Shown here: positions 37,507 to 50,123 of the stretch, one piece after another | How the letters are laid out: the number at the start of each line of letters is the position of its first letter | Position numbering within the stretch: the first letter of the stretch is position 1 | Source of the DNA: Sphaerodactylus townsendi | Lineage: Eukaryota | Length of the DNA: 64,000 nucleotides | Assembly (NCBI RefSeq): GCF_021028975.2 | Contig: NC_059425.1 | Location: forward strand, 31,806,001-31,870,000 | Direction of reading: 5' to 3' | Position numbers and translations under genes: made by a program | The notes under the pieces: model-generated | Databases searched by the model: none | What the model saw: only the letters and a program-made list of their open reading frames with translations | Told to the model about the DNA's origin: nothing

Positions 37507-37747
37507 GTCAAAGGCTTTCACAGCCGGATTCAGCTGGTTGTGGTGGGTTTTCCGGGCTGTGTGGCCGTGGTCTGGTAGATCTTGTTCCTAACGTTTTGCC
37601 TGCATCTGTGGCTGGCATCTTCAGAGGTGTATCACAGAGGGAAGTCTGTTACACTTCTGAAGATGTCAGCCACAGATGCAGGCGAAACGTTAGGAACAAG
37701 ATCTACCAGACCATGGCCACACAGCCCGGAAAACCCAACACAGCCAT
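37507..37747. mobile_element. Penelope-like element terminus in inverted arrangement
   Basis: Inverted arms ~37533-37631 and ~37650-37745; flanking direct repeat TCAYGTGGAATGTTTT (37491-37506 and 37748-37763). Confidence 0.8.
37654..37694 (+). ncRNA. Minimal type I hammerhead ribozyme motif (Penelope-associated)
   Basis: CUU-CUGAAGA-U-GUC(agccacagaugca)GGC-GAAA-CG-UU-AGG: conserved core, short stems I and II, palindromic stem III. Confidence 0.65.
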
Positions 37748-38319
37748 TCATGTGGAATGTTTTTTACCCCAGTCTCTCTCACTTCTGTTTTGCCTTTAGA
37801 CTGTACATGCCCACACATACTGCTGCTACAAGATCTGGTGATTTATAGAAGAAGAGCTTTATTGTACAGCCATAGGCCATTACAATTTTAAAACATGAAG
37901 TTGACATAGGATACAATAAAAGTTTTACCATATAAAAATAGATCTTATAAACCCTCAAACCTTCACCATTCTCCCTTCCAATACGAAAGAGCTTAAAATC
38001 AGACATGACTAATACAAATTTCAATTACCTATTTCCTTCTGTATTTTCTTAGCTCGAATCTTTGAGGCTGCCAAAGCAAAAAGCCAACCCTACAAGAAAT
38101 AAAAAAAATCCCTGTCTGAGAGAAGGAGATTTATTTTATCTGCAACAGAGTGCATCTGGTTCATGGATGCAAGACTAAGAAGGAACTTGGCCCTTGGCTC
38201 ATCATACAAGGGGCAGTTCATAACATAGTGAGTGGTGACTTATAATATTAGCCATCTTCAGCACAGGTGAAAGGCAATTTATTGAAAGTGTAATTTAACT
38301 TTCAGAATTCATTTCCACA

Positions 38320-38585
38320 TAATGGAGTGATGGCCACTAGCTTAGTAGGCTTTGAAAGGGAATTGGAAAACATAGTGGAAGACAGGTTCATCAATGGTTG
38401 TTAGCTATGATGACTAAATGAAACCTCCATGGAGATAGAAACCACTCAAATACCAGTGCTAGGGGTGGGGCAAGAACTTGGGGAAGGGCAGGTCTCCCAC
38501 ACCCTGCTCATAGGCCTTTGGAAACATTGAGTTGGCTAATGAGTGGGACAACTTGCTGACCTAAATGGACCAGGCTGCTTTTATA
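38320..38585 (+). mobile_element. Old CR1 3' fragment
   Basis: GTGATGGCCACTAGCTTAG...TTTGAAAGGGAATTGG...GTGGAAGAC matches the CR1 ORF2 end. Confidence 0.65.
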
Positions 38586-38829
38586 TTTTTCTGAGATGCC
38601 GCTGATGAGGGGGAGGAGTACTTGAAACAAAACACGGTTGCACGTCTCAAGTCTGCTTAATGATCAGTCCTTTTGTCCAGAAAATGAAATGGCCACATTT
38701 CCAGATAGCTCCTTATTTTTGAAGGAAATAAAAGCTTCAGTTGGTTCAGCTGAATCTTTCTCACGGAGTTAAGAGCCTAGGAATTATAGTGGACCCAACA
38801 GTATGGCTGGAGAAGCAAATTAATGCAAC

Positions 38830-39375
38830 TGCAAAAACAGACAAGGTTTTCTACCTTGGCTTGCTGATTCAGCCATGTGGAGGCATGCCATGGTGACCTC
38901 GAGACTAGACTACTGCAAATGCACTCTACACCTGTTTGTCTTTGAAGTCAACTTAAGAAACTTCAGGTAGTATGGAATGCTGCAGCATGGGTACCATGGG
39001 GGCTCTGTAGTCATACCCATCAGTTACCTGGTTTAATTCATGGTGCTCAGAGTTGCATGTAAAACCCTTCACACCTCATCTATGCAGGATCACCTCTTCT
39101 GTTGTGGTTTGCAGCAACAGGTTTGTTCATCTGAGCAAAGGTTTCTGAAGGTGCCGCACTGCAAATGGGTGAAATTAATACATGTACTTTCTTGTGGTTC
39201 CCATGTTCTGTAATGGCCTGACTGAGATCAGAAAGGCTTATGTGGATCTGCAACTTGTATATATGTGTTTAATGCTATTGTTTTACATATATTTAAACAG
39301 AGTTTTTAATGTTTTCATGTTTACTGACTTAGGGCCCTTAGTCAGGTAAAAATGAGGCATAAAAATATTTTAAAT
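38830..39375 (+). mobile_element. Old L2 3' fragment
   Basis: CATGCCATGGTGACCTCGAGACTAGACTACTGCAA (HAMVTSRLDYC). Confidence 0.75.
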
Positions 39376-39729
39376 AACCAAAACAGAATTGCTCAGTAGG
39401 GTATCTCAATAAAGGGAATAAGGCTGTAGTATAAACAATGGAAGGTGCTTTTATAAAGGGAACAAGACTGTAGTCTACTCCACTTTTTAATTTTCTTGTT
39501 CTTACAGCATCGTGTTCTACTTTTGTAATTCGATTTTTGCAGAGCTGATGACATATTACGTCTGGTACTATTTTAGCATCGTTTCTAAATTTTGTTACTT
39601 TAGTTCTATTTCACAGGTTGTTGGACGTCTTCTGCCATTTGACTGCACTGTCTTAACGCTGTGCAATCTGCCTGGGGTCTCGCAAATTAAGCAAACACTG
39701 TCTCTTTTCTTGCAATGAGCTCTGCAAAT

Positions 39730-40620
39730 ATAATTCCCGCTCCTCGCCACCCGGTCAACTGAGAACGAGCCGTCACCTCTGCATATGCTCAGAGGCACTC
39801 TTGGAGCTGTGACCTGCAGAACTGCCGAGTCAGCATCAGAAACGAACTGACAGCGCATTACTCTCCTCCACAGGTCCGCCGCTGTTCCTTCCCCCATCTC
39901 TTCCCGCCCTCTCTTCCACGGGGGTTTGCCTCAATCTCCATCTGCTATCCCGTCCAAGATGGCGGCCGCGCGAGGCTAAGACGAGGAGGGGGCGAAATCG
40001 CTTCAGCAGCAGCAGCCTCCATTTCTCTGCCCCCCCACCCCCCACGGCTGGGTCCCGCCTCGCGCTCCTCCCCGTCCCCGCCCGAGCCAGCCGCCGAGGA
40101 GGAGCCGCCGGAGGGAGAGCGCGCGCGCAGCCAGGGGGCCCCGGGCGCCCAGGAGCCCCACAGCGGGAGCCGGGGCCCCAGCAGCAGCAGCAGCACAGCC
40201 CGGCGGCGGCACCCACTGCGACGCCGCTGCCTCACACCGGCCCCGCAGCGGCCTTGGCCCGGCCGGAGAGGAGGAGGGAGGGAGTGCGAGGAAGGCAGGC
40301 CGGTGCAGAAGGCGACTGACTGTCAGCCCGCCCGGCCAAGCAGGTGAGTGGAGGCGGCGAGGGGCGCGCGGCTTTGCAGCTGTCACGGGGAGGGGAGCAG
40401 GGCGGGGGGGCAGCACCGTGATTGAGGATTTATGGGGGGCGTTGTTGAGAGGGGGCGGGGCTGAAACGCGGTGGAGGGCAGCAGAGGGAGGGGGCGCAGG
40501 AGGGCTGTGACGGGGGGGCGGGGGGCGGCAAAAAGCATAGATAGGAGGAGGCGGGGTGCAGAAGTGATGGGGGCCAGTCGGACCCACTCGGGCTGGTAAA
40601 GAGCGGTATGCATGAAAGGG
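39730..40620. promoter_or_regulatory. CpG island promoter
   Basis: Sharp rise in GC and CpG; YY1 motif CAAGATGGCGGC at 39955-39966; GGGCGG GC boxes. Confidence 0.9.
39950..40343 (+). other. Probable non-coding first exon of an unidentified gene
   Basis: Strong donor CAG|GTGAGT at 40343/40344, followed by G-rich intron start; the only ATG opens a 6-codon ORF; start coordinate approximate. Confidence 0.7.
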
Positions 40621-41389
40621 GGGGCGGGGTGTAGGAGCTATTGAGAGCCGAGAAACTACTTGGCGAGAAGTGTCATTTGAAGGAAGGCGAGGGGGAGGTG
40701 CGCGGCGGGTGGGTGCAAAGGAGGGCGCTAAAAAGGGTTGGGGTACAAGGTTTGGGGCGGGGGGCAAGTCAGGGGCGGGGGGTAGAAGTGGCTGGGGAGC
40801 CCAGAAGGGGATGGGATTATATAATGTAGCGGGCAGAGAAAGTGGGAGGGTGCAGAAGAGCTGGAGGGGCAGGGGGTGGGTAGGAGGAGGAGGGCTTCAG
40901 TGCCATGATTTGGAAGGGGAGGAGCCGTGTGAAAGTGCGACTGTTTTCGGGGAGAGGGGGGAAGGTTTGGGTTTGGTGGGCTTTTGGGGCTCTGGCAACG
41001 TGCAAGTGTCACATAGACGTTGTGGCAGCAGAAGGGGATTGTTTGGGGTGGGGGAGGGGGAAAAGTGTTGTGTGAAGCATTGAAAGCAATGGGCCGTTTG
41101 GAGAGGAGTAGATGGGTGAGTGGTCCTGTCATTTGTGAACCCTCTGGGAGTGGCTGTTGCCTCAGGGGAAAAAGTGAGGGGCACTGTGTCCATCTGCAAC
41201 ATAAAACATAGCACCCAAAAAAGGGCTGGGTGCTAAACCTGGCTTGGGGAGGTGGTACCCCCTGAATAAGGTTATGGGAGAATGATAGCAGTTTAAGGGA
41301 TTAAGCAACTTTAAGGGGTTGGTACTCTCCACCAATAAAAGAGCACAGGGAAAGGTGGAAAATTAAGAAGAAGGTTAGGGACCCTAAAA

Positions 41390-41531
41390 CATAGGTGTCC
41401 AACTCTGGCGCTTCAGATATTCATAGACTACAATTCCCATCAGCCCATCAATTTCCAATTGGCCATGCCAGCAGGGGCTGATGGGAATTGTAGTCCATGA
41501 ACATCTGAAGCACCAGAGTTGGACACCCTTG
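41390..41531. mobile_element. Palindromic hAT MITE
   Basis: CATAGGTGTCCAACTCTGG...CCAGAGTTGGACACCCTTG; perfect TSD CCCTAAAA. Confidence 0.9.
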
Positions 41532-44500
41532 CCCTAAAACTAGCACTAAGAAAATGTCATATGCTTAGTCATGGGTGGTTTCCCAAGTGAGGAGGAAACC
41601 CCAGGTTGGGACAGGATGATAATTCGGCAGTTTAGTGTCATAAGCCTTTCAGAAAATTGAGTGGGATGACTGAGGCAGGGGGTAGTGGAGTTGTAGGACA
41701 GTGCTACGGAGGAGGGGCTCACCATGAGATTCGGTGCACTGTCTCTTCCATATTGAGGTAAACAAAAGCATCCTTGGGCTGCCTTATCTCCTTTTTGCAA
41801 CACAGGTGCAGCAGGACTGAAGGATTGATACAATTACGTGGCATCTGAATCAATAGATTTGATCCCCACTGCCAACATTGCTGGGGGTGACCTTCATCAT
41901 GAGATGCTTGCCTTGCAAAGTACGAAGGGAGTAATGGTGGAGTTTCCAGTGAGCAGTGCTGTCATCTGGGGCATCCTTTCTCCCTCCTGAACTTTGGGGC
42001 ACAGCTGAGGGTTGGAAGGGAGAAAACTGCAATGTATAAAGGCAGGAGACAATTAGAAAGTCTTTTTTGGGGGAAAGGTGGTCTGAGAGTGGAATGCACG
42101 TGGAGGCTGAAGTGGAGTTTGGGAGGAAGTTTTTAATAGTTTTTGGCAGCTGGGCAGCAACACCTTCAATGTAACAGAAAATCTATGCACAAAGTTGCTC
42201 CACATTCTGATCAAATGAACAGGAGTCCTGTGACACCTTAGAATCAACACATTTCGATTCTGGTATTGTCTTTTGTACAACACTTTTATGTGTGCCAGCT
42301 TTCTGCTTATATTTGAGCCAAATAACAATGAAATTACATTTGGTGATCATCTATGTTAAAAGTAGCCCTCCCTCCAATTTAATTATGTTCCTTAGCTTCT
42401 GAAATGTCTAGCTTTTAAAAGCTGGTTTAGTAAAGTTGCTTTCCCACCCACTCCCCTTCCACTCAAATATGCTGTGACTGTAAACATGGCTTGGGGAGGG
42501 AGGGTGAATTCAGTGGGTGTATGCAGTGGGTGTGTACTGGGTGAAACTGTGCAGGGGGTGATTGGGTGGTGGTTACACAGTAACATGAATCTGCAAACCA
42601 GTGGACTGGGGGTGTGTGTTGGGAGGAATAGTTGTTTAACTTTGCAAGATTCATGTTATGGCCAGCTAAGATTACAGCAGCAAACAATTTTGTGTGCCCA
42701 TTAATTGTTTGCATGTCCCCTTTCTGGTTCAAGGAAATCAAGATGGTAATGAGGGATCAAATGTCTCCTAGGATAATTTGAGCTCAAGGGATGGCTTGGT
42801 GTTTGAGACTGAAGCAGCTCAACTTTGAATGAAGCCCATGCATGATAGGGGCCTGTCTAATTCAGGTCTCTGTTAGCTTGCTGAGAAACTGCCCAATTTG
42901 TGCTGGCCTCTAAATGGCTTGGCTTCATATAAATGGCTTTTCCAAGTACTCAGCAACTCTGTGGATTTTCAAATTAGTTTAGTGAATATGTTTATGTTTA
43001 ATACAGGCTAATGTGTTGTACTAGGAGGCATATTGTGGCATCACTAACTGGTATTATGTTTGTATCAGCTGCACGTTTGTATATGGCTTTCTGACACTTT
43101 GTGCTCAACCTCTTCTGGAGGAACCTTGAAGCGTCTTAAATTCTTACTCTGGAAGCATGGTTCCTCCCTTTAAATCTCTTCAGCAATTAATTCTAAAGGC
43201 AGAAACCCAGGAGAACTTAGTGTGTCAAAAGCATGAAAACAAATGGTAGTTGAAAGTGGATGGTTTCCATTGTGGGCTGATGTAAATGTATCCGAAAGTG
43301 GGAGCTTTTCTGTACATGCAAATGATTTGGTAACTCAGTTGTCATCCTAATCATTATTATGTATTCTTGTGATTTAACTGATTTACGCGACTACACGAAC
43401 AGCTGCTGTAGTTAAGATCAAAGATACTTCTCGGAGTTGAGCAAGTGACAGGGACATTCATTCTTTAAAAGCCTTGTGGGGGCAATCCTTAGCTCCAGTC
43501 GCCTCAGAAGAAGGGTAAGAGTGCATGAGAGAGAAATAAACGTCGAGTCGACGTCAAGTTTAGCCCCATTGAGTTCATTAATTTGCTTTCATTTGTAAGA
43601 AGAAATAACTAGCAATTCAAACTCAGTTAGAAAGAATGACACGGAATGAGGTGCATCAGAATTTTCTCTTTAAAATCTTAAATGTAGCAGCAAAAGAAAG
43701 ACTGGAGACCAATTGGACAATCTTGGCATCAAGCCAAGTAATTTCATTTAAGTGGATTAAAGCTGTGTGTGAGTTTAAACAAAAAGAAGGATTGTGGAAG
43801 CAGAAGAAAACTGGAAACAGTTGTCTTCTGGGGTTTTCTTCAGTTCTAGGGATTCTGTTGAGACGTGAAAACTTCAATCTGGAGGTGTACATTTTATCAC
43901 AAACCTAGCTGTAGATTTAGCAAAACAGGGGACACGAATGGAATTCTAAAAGAACAAGCTTGCAGTGCATTGTGGACTATCAGTCCAGTCATCTTATGCA
44001 AGAGTTCAGTAACTGAATGCATTTCATGTTTTTTCTGTGCACGTTTTCTCATCTGAATTGTATAGATTGATTGGAGGTGGTGGGTGGATAGGATGCCCAA
44101 CAAGGATTAGAGGATGGGTTTCAGCCCTTGTACCTTCCAGTTATGATTCTGGGTACAGGACCCATAAAAATGTGGGCAGGTGGATTTATTTATAACAGAA
44201 GGCATTTTTTTTTGCACAGCAAGGAAGAAAACAGTTTAGCATGGGAGGAAAACATCCTTAAGTGTTTCTGAAATGCTTTACTTTCTTCAAAAGAATTAGT
44301 GGTTGAAGCTGACATTCCTTTTGAACTAATGTTGTTGATTATAGATGACAGAAGAATATATTCTTGAAATCTCTGGCATCTAATCTATGAAAAAATATAT
44401 TTGGTTTGACCAGAGAGATCTCTTGGGCTGTGTAGAAACAAGTTAGCAAATGTCGCAGCAATGCCCTTGTCAGATGCTTCCCAAGAACTCAGCATGATGT

Positions 44501-46451
44501 TTGAAGATTAATTAATGAGCAGAGTAATTAATGAGTGGAGATCTTAGGCACATTGGTTGAGCTTTGGGTTTTTTTGTGCAACTTGTCTCTTGAACAAACA
44601 TGACTATTCATAAGTGTGACTAATTCACAGATTATTATGCAAATGTGAGCTGTGGCTTATAGGAATAATTGTCTTGTGTCTTAGCACTGTTTCCAAAATG
44701 TGTATTTTGCCCTAATTCCAGGGTGTAATGTATTTTAAAAAACAGAGGTTTAAGCAGTGTGTGTGGATTTTTTAGAATTGTTATTACAGAATTACAGTTT
44801 AGCCTTAAGGTGCTTCAAAGACAATGTTGTTTGCTTCTTTTTGGAAGAGTTAATATGCATAAAATCTGAGAATATTATCAGAATTTAAGGTGCAAGAATG
44901 AACCACTAAGACTATCACAGCTCTTGTGTAAGCAAAGTGTCAGTTACAAAGAAAAGAGCTTTGTTATATAGAAAAAAGATGTGAACATTACCAGCTATTC
45001 TGGTCTTGCTTAATGTACCATGTTTCCTTGACACTGTGATACTTTCCTATTTGATCACAAAAAAGTTGTGCTGAAATCCTTCTTACTTAAAGACGAGGAC
45101 AGCTAAAAATATTAGCTAACCATTAAATTAAAGATGGCGGCTTTGTATTTTAGGGGTCACTGTTTTCACATAGCTTGGATTGGCTGGACGGAAAAGTCAA
45201 GGAGTTTGTTTTCGTTAATGGTAAGTTGAAGTGAGAAGTTTTAGTTAAGACATTGCTGCGACTTTTTGTTGGTGTTGAAGGGAAAAAAGAAAAAAGGGGG
45301 AGTTCAGCTGCTTGAGCCCAAAAGAGCTTTAGAGTATTTTGGAAGGGACCACTTATTCCTGTATCAATTCAAGTAATCTGATGCTGCTGTTTGCTGTCAC
45401 TGGTAGAGTGCTACTAAAAACGGGGCCTTTTCTGTTGTAGCACCCCAAATTGTAGAGAGCACTTTCTGAAACTGCTAACCTAGTTTATTTTGTGGAAGGG
45501 GAAAAATTGGGCTAAGGGGCAATTTTGCTGTTGTTTGTCTTCTACCCTGACATTCATTAAGTTTGTACCTCTATTAAATGAATGCTGTTTGATTCATTTT
45601 ATTCTGTTAACAGAAAAATAAATATGAAATGTCAAGAAAGAGAATATATAATAGAAGTTTGAGAATGTATCCCCATTACTACTTCTGGAGAATGTGTGTG
45701 GTAGATAGGGTGCTGATTTTGATCAATAGTAATCTAGAGATGGGGCTAGGAAGAGGAATGTTCAAATCAGTTTTGTTCACAAAACGTATTCATAATTAAA
45801 CTGTTTAAATCACAGGACAGGCCTGACATTATTTTAGTCTTGACTGGGCAACTGCGTCGGTCTTATCGATGTCCTTGTTTTTTTTCTGTTCTCCTGGTTA
45901 GCTTAATTTCAAGAACTACCAAATGTTTATTTCTTTGTAGATGTTCTTTAAACTGTGGTATTGGATAATGAGAAGCAAATGTGAAGTCTAAGAGAAGTGA
46001 GCAGCTGTAGTAAACCAGTTTCCTGTAAGAGCTTGGCTTGGAGTTGAGTGCCTACCCAAATATTGTCAAATATGCCAAGAGTGCCCTTTGCACCCTGGTG
46101 CAAACCAAACCATAAATTAGGGCTCCTTTTGGACCTCTTTCTTTATTTTTATTTATGTTACTTTGTCTCTGTCACTGAGTCTCAAGGTGTATTGCACAAT
46201 GTAAGTCAATACAATAAATAGGATGGGACATACAATGCAATAGGACTTTGCCAAAATCTCAGAGCTGAAACAATGAAGAGTTTGGATGTATACCATTTTT
46301 CTCCACCATAAAGAGTCTCAAAGCAGCTTACAGACTCCTTCCCCACAACAGCCACCCTGTGAGGTAATCATTAACATGACATTTTAAATGATGCAAAAAT
46401 TGCGTAGTAGGTTCATCAATCCATGGTACGGACTATGTATCTAGTCCCTAT

Positions 46452-47286
46452 TAGAAGTGTGTACCTTTTTCTCCCCTGGTATTTTTCAGGTTCTGGTTTA
46501 ATAGCACCAGAAATGTTTGAAAAAGCTGAATCCCCATACTTTTTGGGGGGGATTTGAAAATGTTCAGGCTGGTTAAACCCAACCCCCCCCCCCCCACCAT
46601 TCCAGCTGCCGCTGAACTCGGTGTGCACTTGGAGGTGGCAGGCGGTGCAGAGCTGAATGCTGGGCACAGGCCGAGCTCAGCGTTCAGTTCTGTTCTGTCT
46701 GCTGCTTCCATGTGCCCATGTGGACTTTGGTGGTGGCACAGGGCTGAATGCTGGGCCCTGTAGAGCTGAGCTCAGTGTTCAGCTCTGCACTGCCTACCAC
46801 CGCACTGAGACCCCACCAGCAGAAAAGTGAGGGGGAGAGAAGGAGAGAGGGTCTTTTTAATGGCTCTGGCCCTTTACCCACTCACCTTTGCCCGAGGTTT
46901 GCTGCGGGCAATTCCCGGCGCGCGGAATTCCTGGCCTGCAGCTTCGGTTTCATCAGCTTCCAAGCCTCTGTCTTGAAGTCGTCAAAAGGCGCCAGGAATT
47001 CCGCGCGTCGAGGGGGCGGGAGAGAGGCAGCATGGGGCGGCTGCGTTCTCGCCGCCCCTGAAGTGGGGAAGGGAGCTGGACCCCGTGCTACCTGAGGAGA
47101 GTAGCGCGGGGCTTAAGGAAAGTGGGGAAAGGGCCAGTGGGGCCGAAGTGGCCTGAATACGTCAAACAAATTCAGCATTGTTACGGATCTGGTTTTCAGT
47201 GCCCTTAAACTCTTATATTTTGGAATTACCCCCCCCCCCATTTTTTGGGGGGGAGGTTGTTTGATTTTGCCAAATGCACACCCCTC
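46452..47286. mobile_element. Degenerate hAT-like element (TAGGGGTGTGCA-type ends)
   Basis: TAGAAGTGTGTAC...TGCACACCCCTC; flanks GTCCCTAT/ATCCCTTT (6 of 8). Confidence 0.5.
46868..47135. mobile_element. PIF/Harbinger-like MITE (nested)
   Basis: TIR GGCCCTTTACCCACT / AGTGGGGAAAGGGCC (14 of 15); CpG-rich. Confidence 0.7.
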
Positions 47287-48464
47287 ATCCCTTTCACCAA
47301 AGCAGTTTTCTGAACCATTTTTTGTTATAGCAGTACAGCCCTGGTAACTCTGAAAAATGCCCTTCTGATAAACTGTAAACTGTAAGAATTCCCTTCTAAA
47401 TAATTAAATTTTGCATAGTTTGAGGAAAGCCAGGAGAAGGGGAGCCTTCCCTGACCTCATCGGGCAGACAGTTCCAAAAAGTGAGGGGCCACAACGGAGA
47501 ATGTATGTATATGGGCAGTTATTGGGTTTGCCCATATGCAGGGTTGCAACTGTAGAAGGCCCTGCTCAGATGGATGATGCTGTTATGGTGGAGCACAGGA
47601 GGAGAGGTGATCTTGCAGATATGAGCTTCCAAGGACTTTGTATGTTCAAGTCAGTGTCTTGAATTGAGCCTGGTAACTGATGGGCAGGCAGTGGAGTGAT
47701 GCTGCACAGTTTATGCACTCCCCTCGCCCCCAGTGCCTGCTTTGCAGAAAATCTTTGAGGCTGCTGCTGAAGTTTGGATTAGTTGTGGGAGCCATTTGTC
47801 TGGCAGCACAGAGCTGTTCTTCTTGAAAAGGCTCCACTTAGGAGTCATGAGCCTCTGCATCAGGACATGAGCAAACTATAGCTGTCTGAAGTATTTAATT
47901 TTGCAATGATAACAGCCACATAAGCTAACCAGCAAGCCAGGGCAGCAACATAATAGATTGTTGGACATCTCCAAATAAATTCAGGTAATCATCCTAGTAC
48001 ATGCCTGTTTTCTTTCTTTTTTTAAAGATCCCCAGCAGGTAGGATCTCTGGCAATCAACTGGATTACAGTGTTGCAGTTGGCTCACGTGCTACATGTTTC
48101 CACCAAATTACATCAACAGCCTCACAGTTGAATCAGAATCTGAGCTGCTTCAGATTTTATTTATTGACAGCATTTATAGTCTGCCTTTCTCAAGATAAGG
48201 CAGGTGAACAGTTTGCACAAGAATGCAATGCTGGGTAATTAACCAAACATTGCTAATAACATGCTTTGAGATTGTACGGCACATATTTTCCTGCCTTATG
48301 AGTTTCCAGAGAATAGTTCCTGCCACAGAAAACCATCTTTCCACATTCTACAGTTGGCTTCTCTCACCGTAATGTTGGGAGTGGAGCATTCCTACATAAC
48401 ACTGGGTTTATGTTAAACTTGCATTAGGAATTTTAACTGGTAAATCTTAAATATTCGGGTGGTT

Positions 48465-48767
48465 GTGGCATAGTGGCATAGCGGTTAAGAGCAAGTGCAT
48501 TCTAATCTGGAGGAATTGGGTTTGATTCCACGTTCTGCCACTTGAGCTGTGGAAGCTTATCTGGGGAATTCAGATTAGCCTGTGCACTCCCACACACGCC
48601 AGCTGGGTGACCTTGGGCTAGACAAAGCTTTTCAGAGCTCTCTCAGCCCCACCTACCTCACAGGGTGTTTGTTGTGAGGGGGGAAGGGCAAGGAGATTGT
48701 TAGCCCCTTTGAGTCTCCTGCAGGAGAGAAAGGGGGGATATAAATCCAAACTCTTCTTCTTCTTCTT
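48465..48767 (+). mobile_element. Squam3-like SINE, full length
   Basis: Closely matches the copy at 15936; (CTT)n tail. Confidence 0.9.
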
Positions 48768-49555
48768 GTATGACTTTCTGCACTCCAATCAGAGTGGGGT
48801 GTTTTCCATAAAACTAGCAAGAATGTTCTTCAGCATTAGCAGTGGGTTCTCATTTTTACTTTAGCTCAAAATAGTTCATGCACAGACAGCCCATGATGCA
48901 CTGGAATAAATAGAAAAGTAGTGTATGGATGAATCACAGACACGATCTGCTTCATTTCCATTATTTAAATAAAATCCTTCTCAACTTCAATATTACAACT
49001 CCATATTAACACATGAATAAATAGAATGACAGTTAACTTTAAAATAAATTAAATTATTATACAGTAAATACATTAACATTGATCCATCATATTAACTATT
49101 TAAAACTTTGTAGCTTTGAATCACGCTCACCAAATACTTTTCTTCCTTCACTAGTTTCACTACCGTTTTCAGCCCTTATCTATATTAAATATTCTAATGC
49201 TGCCTTTACATTTGATCAGGTTCTACAAGGCAACAAGCCCAAAAACATTAGAACATTTAAGCAATTAAACATATAGTTAAAATATACAATAGAATTAAAA
49301 ACACAAACAATGCTAGAAGGAGGACCCATAACTGTTATTGGGGGATGGCAGAGGAAACAAAAAAAGAGGGAGACAGACTCTCCCTTAAGGTGCGTTGGTC
49401 TAGACCTTAAAGGTCAATGCTACCATCTTGAAGCCCGAAAGCAAATTGGAGGGAAGTGTAGGTGGAGTAAGGCTGGAGTGATAGTGCTCTGGCTCACCTA
49501 GTGAACCTTCTGAAAGGCGCCCCTGGGCCATTGCTGCTCCCTTTTATCCAGTAGG

Positions 49556-50007
49556 TGTCAGGTCTTGAGACTGAAGTCAATAAGCGAACTCTGGTTGTTG
49601 GCTCGGAAGTCTTTATTGATAATAGCAAGTACCTGGCTTTCAGAAACCCAGTTCTGCCAGACCACGAAAATACAATTGCCTTTATTCCCCCAGAGTTCCT
49701 GCCATAAATCCCCCCTCCCTGTTTCCCATGGAATGTGAGAACAGCACAACGGAAAAGAGAGATGTTTGGGAGTTGAGCATCTCAAGGCCAGAGCAGCAAT
49801 AGTTCTCAGCCACCTGCCACCCACTCCCCCTAGGAAGGCACCAGGGTTGCTCCTAGTTAGCTACCGTTACAAGCATCAAAGGAAAATGAAAGGAAAGGAA
49901 AAGGTCCATTAACATATCAGGAGGTGAAGATGGCTGCCCCTCCTGTGTGTGTGAGTCCTCGCACCCAATTCCACCCCTTTGGTGACAGGGGAAAACTCAT
50001 CCTGACA
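49556..50007 (-). mobile_element. Probable solo LTR inside an L2 remnant
   Basis: TGTCAGG...CCTGACA termini; TTTATT near 49611; TSD not clean. Confidence 0.6.
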
Positions 50008-50068
50008 GTCCAGGAGTATCACCAAGCTATAAACTTTCTCCATTAAGAGGAGTGCAGTTGTAATTATA

Positions 50069-50123
50069 AGTTCCAGTTAGTTCCAGTTAGTTCCAGTTCC
50101 AGTTAGTTCCAGTTAGTTCCAGT
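50069..50123. repeat. (AGTTCCAGTT)n short tandem repeat
   Basis: Directly visible. Confidence 0.9.

Noticed and set aside
39950-40343. Assigning a gene symbol to the promoter
   Set aside because: No coding sequence in the window; I cannot identify the gene from the UTR alone
40003-40767. 254-aa Pro/Ala-rich minus-strand ORF
   Set aside because: Expected by chance in a GC-rich CpG island; the donor site and G-rich downstream DNA point to + strand transcription
42210-42275. Possible Penelope fragment (AACAGGAGTCCTGTGACACCTTAGA)
   Set aside because: Too short and diverged to support confidently
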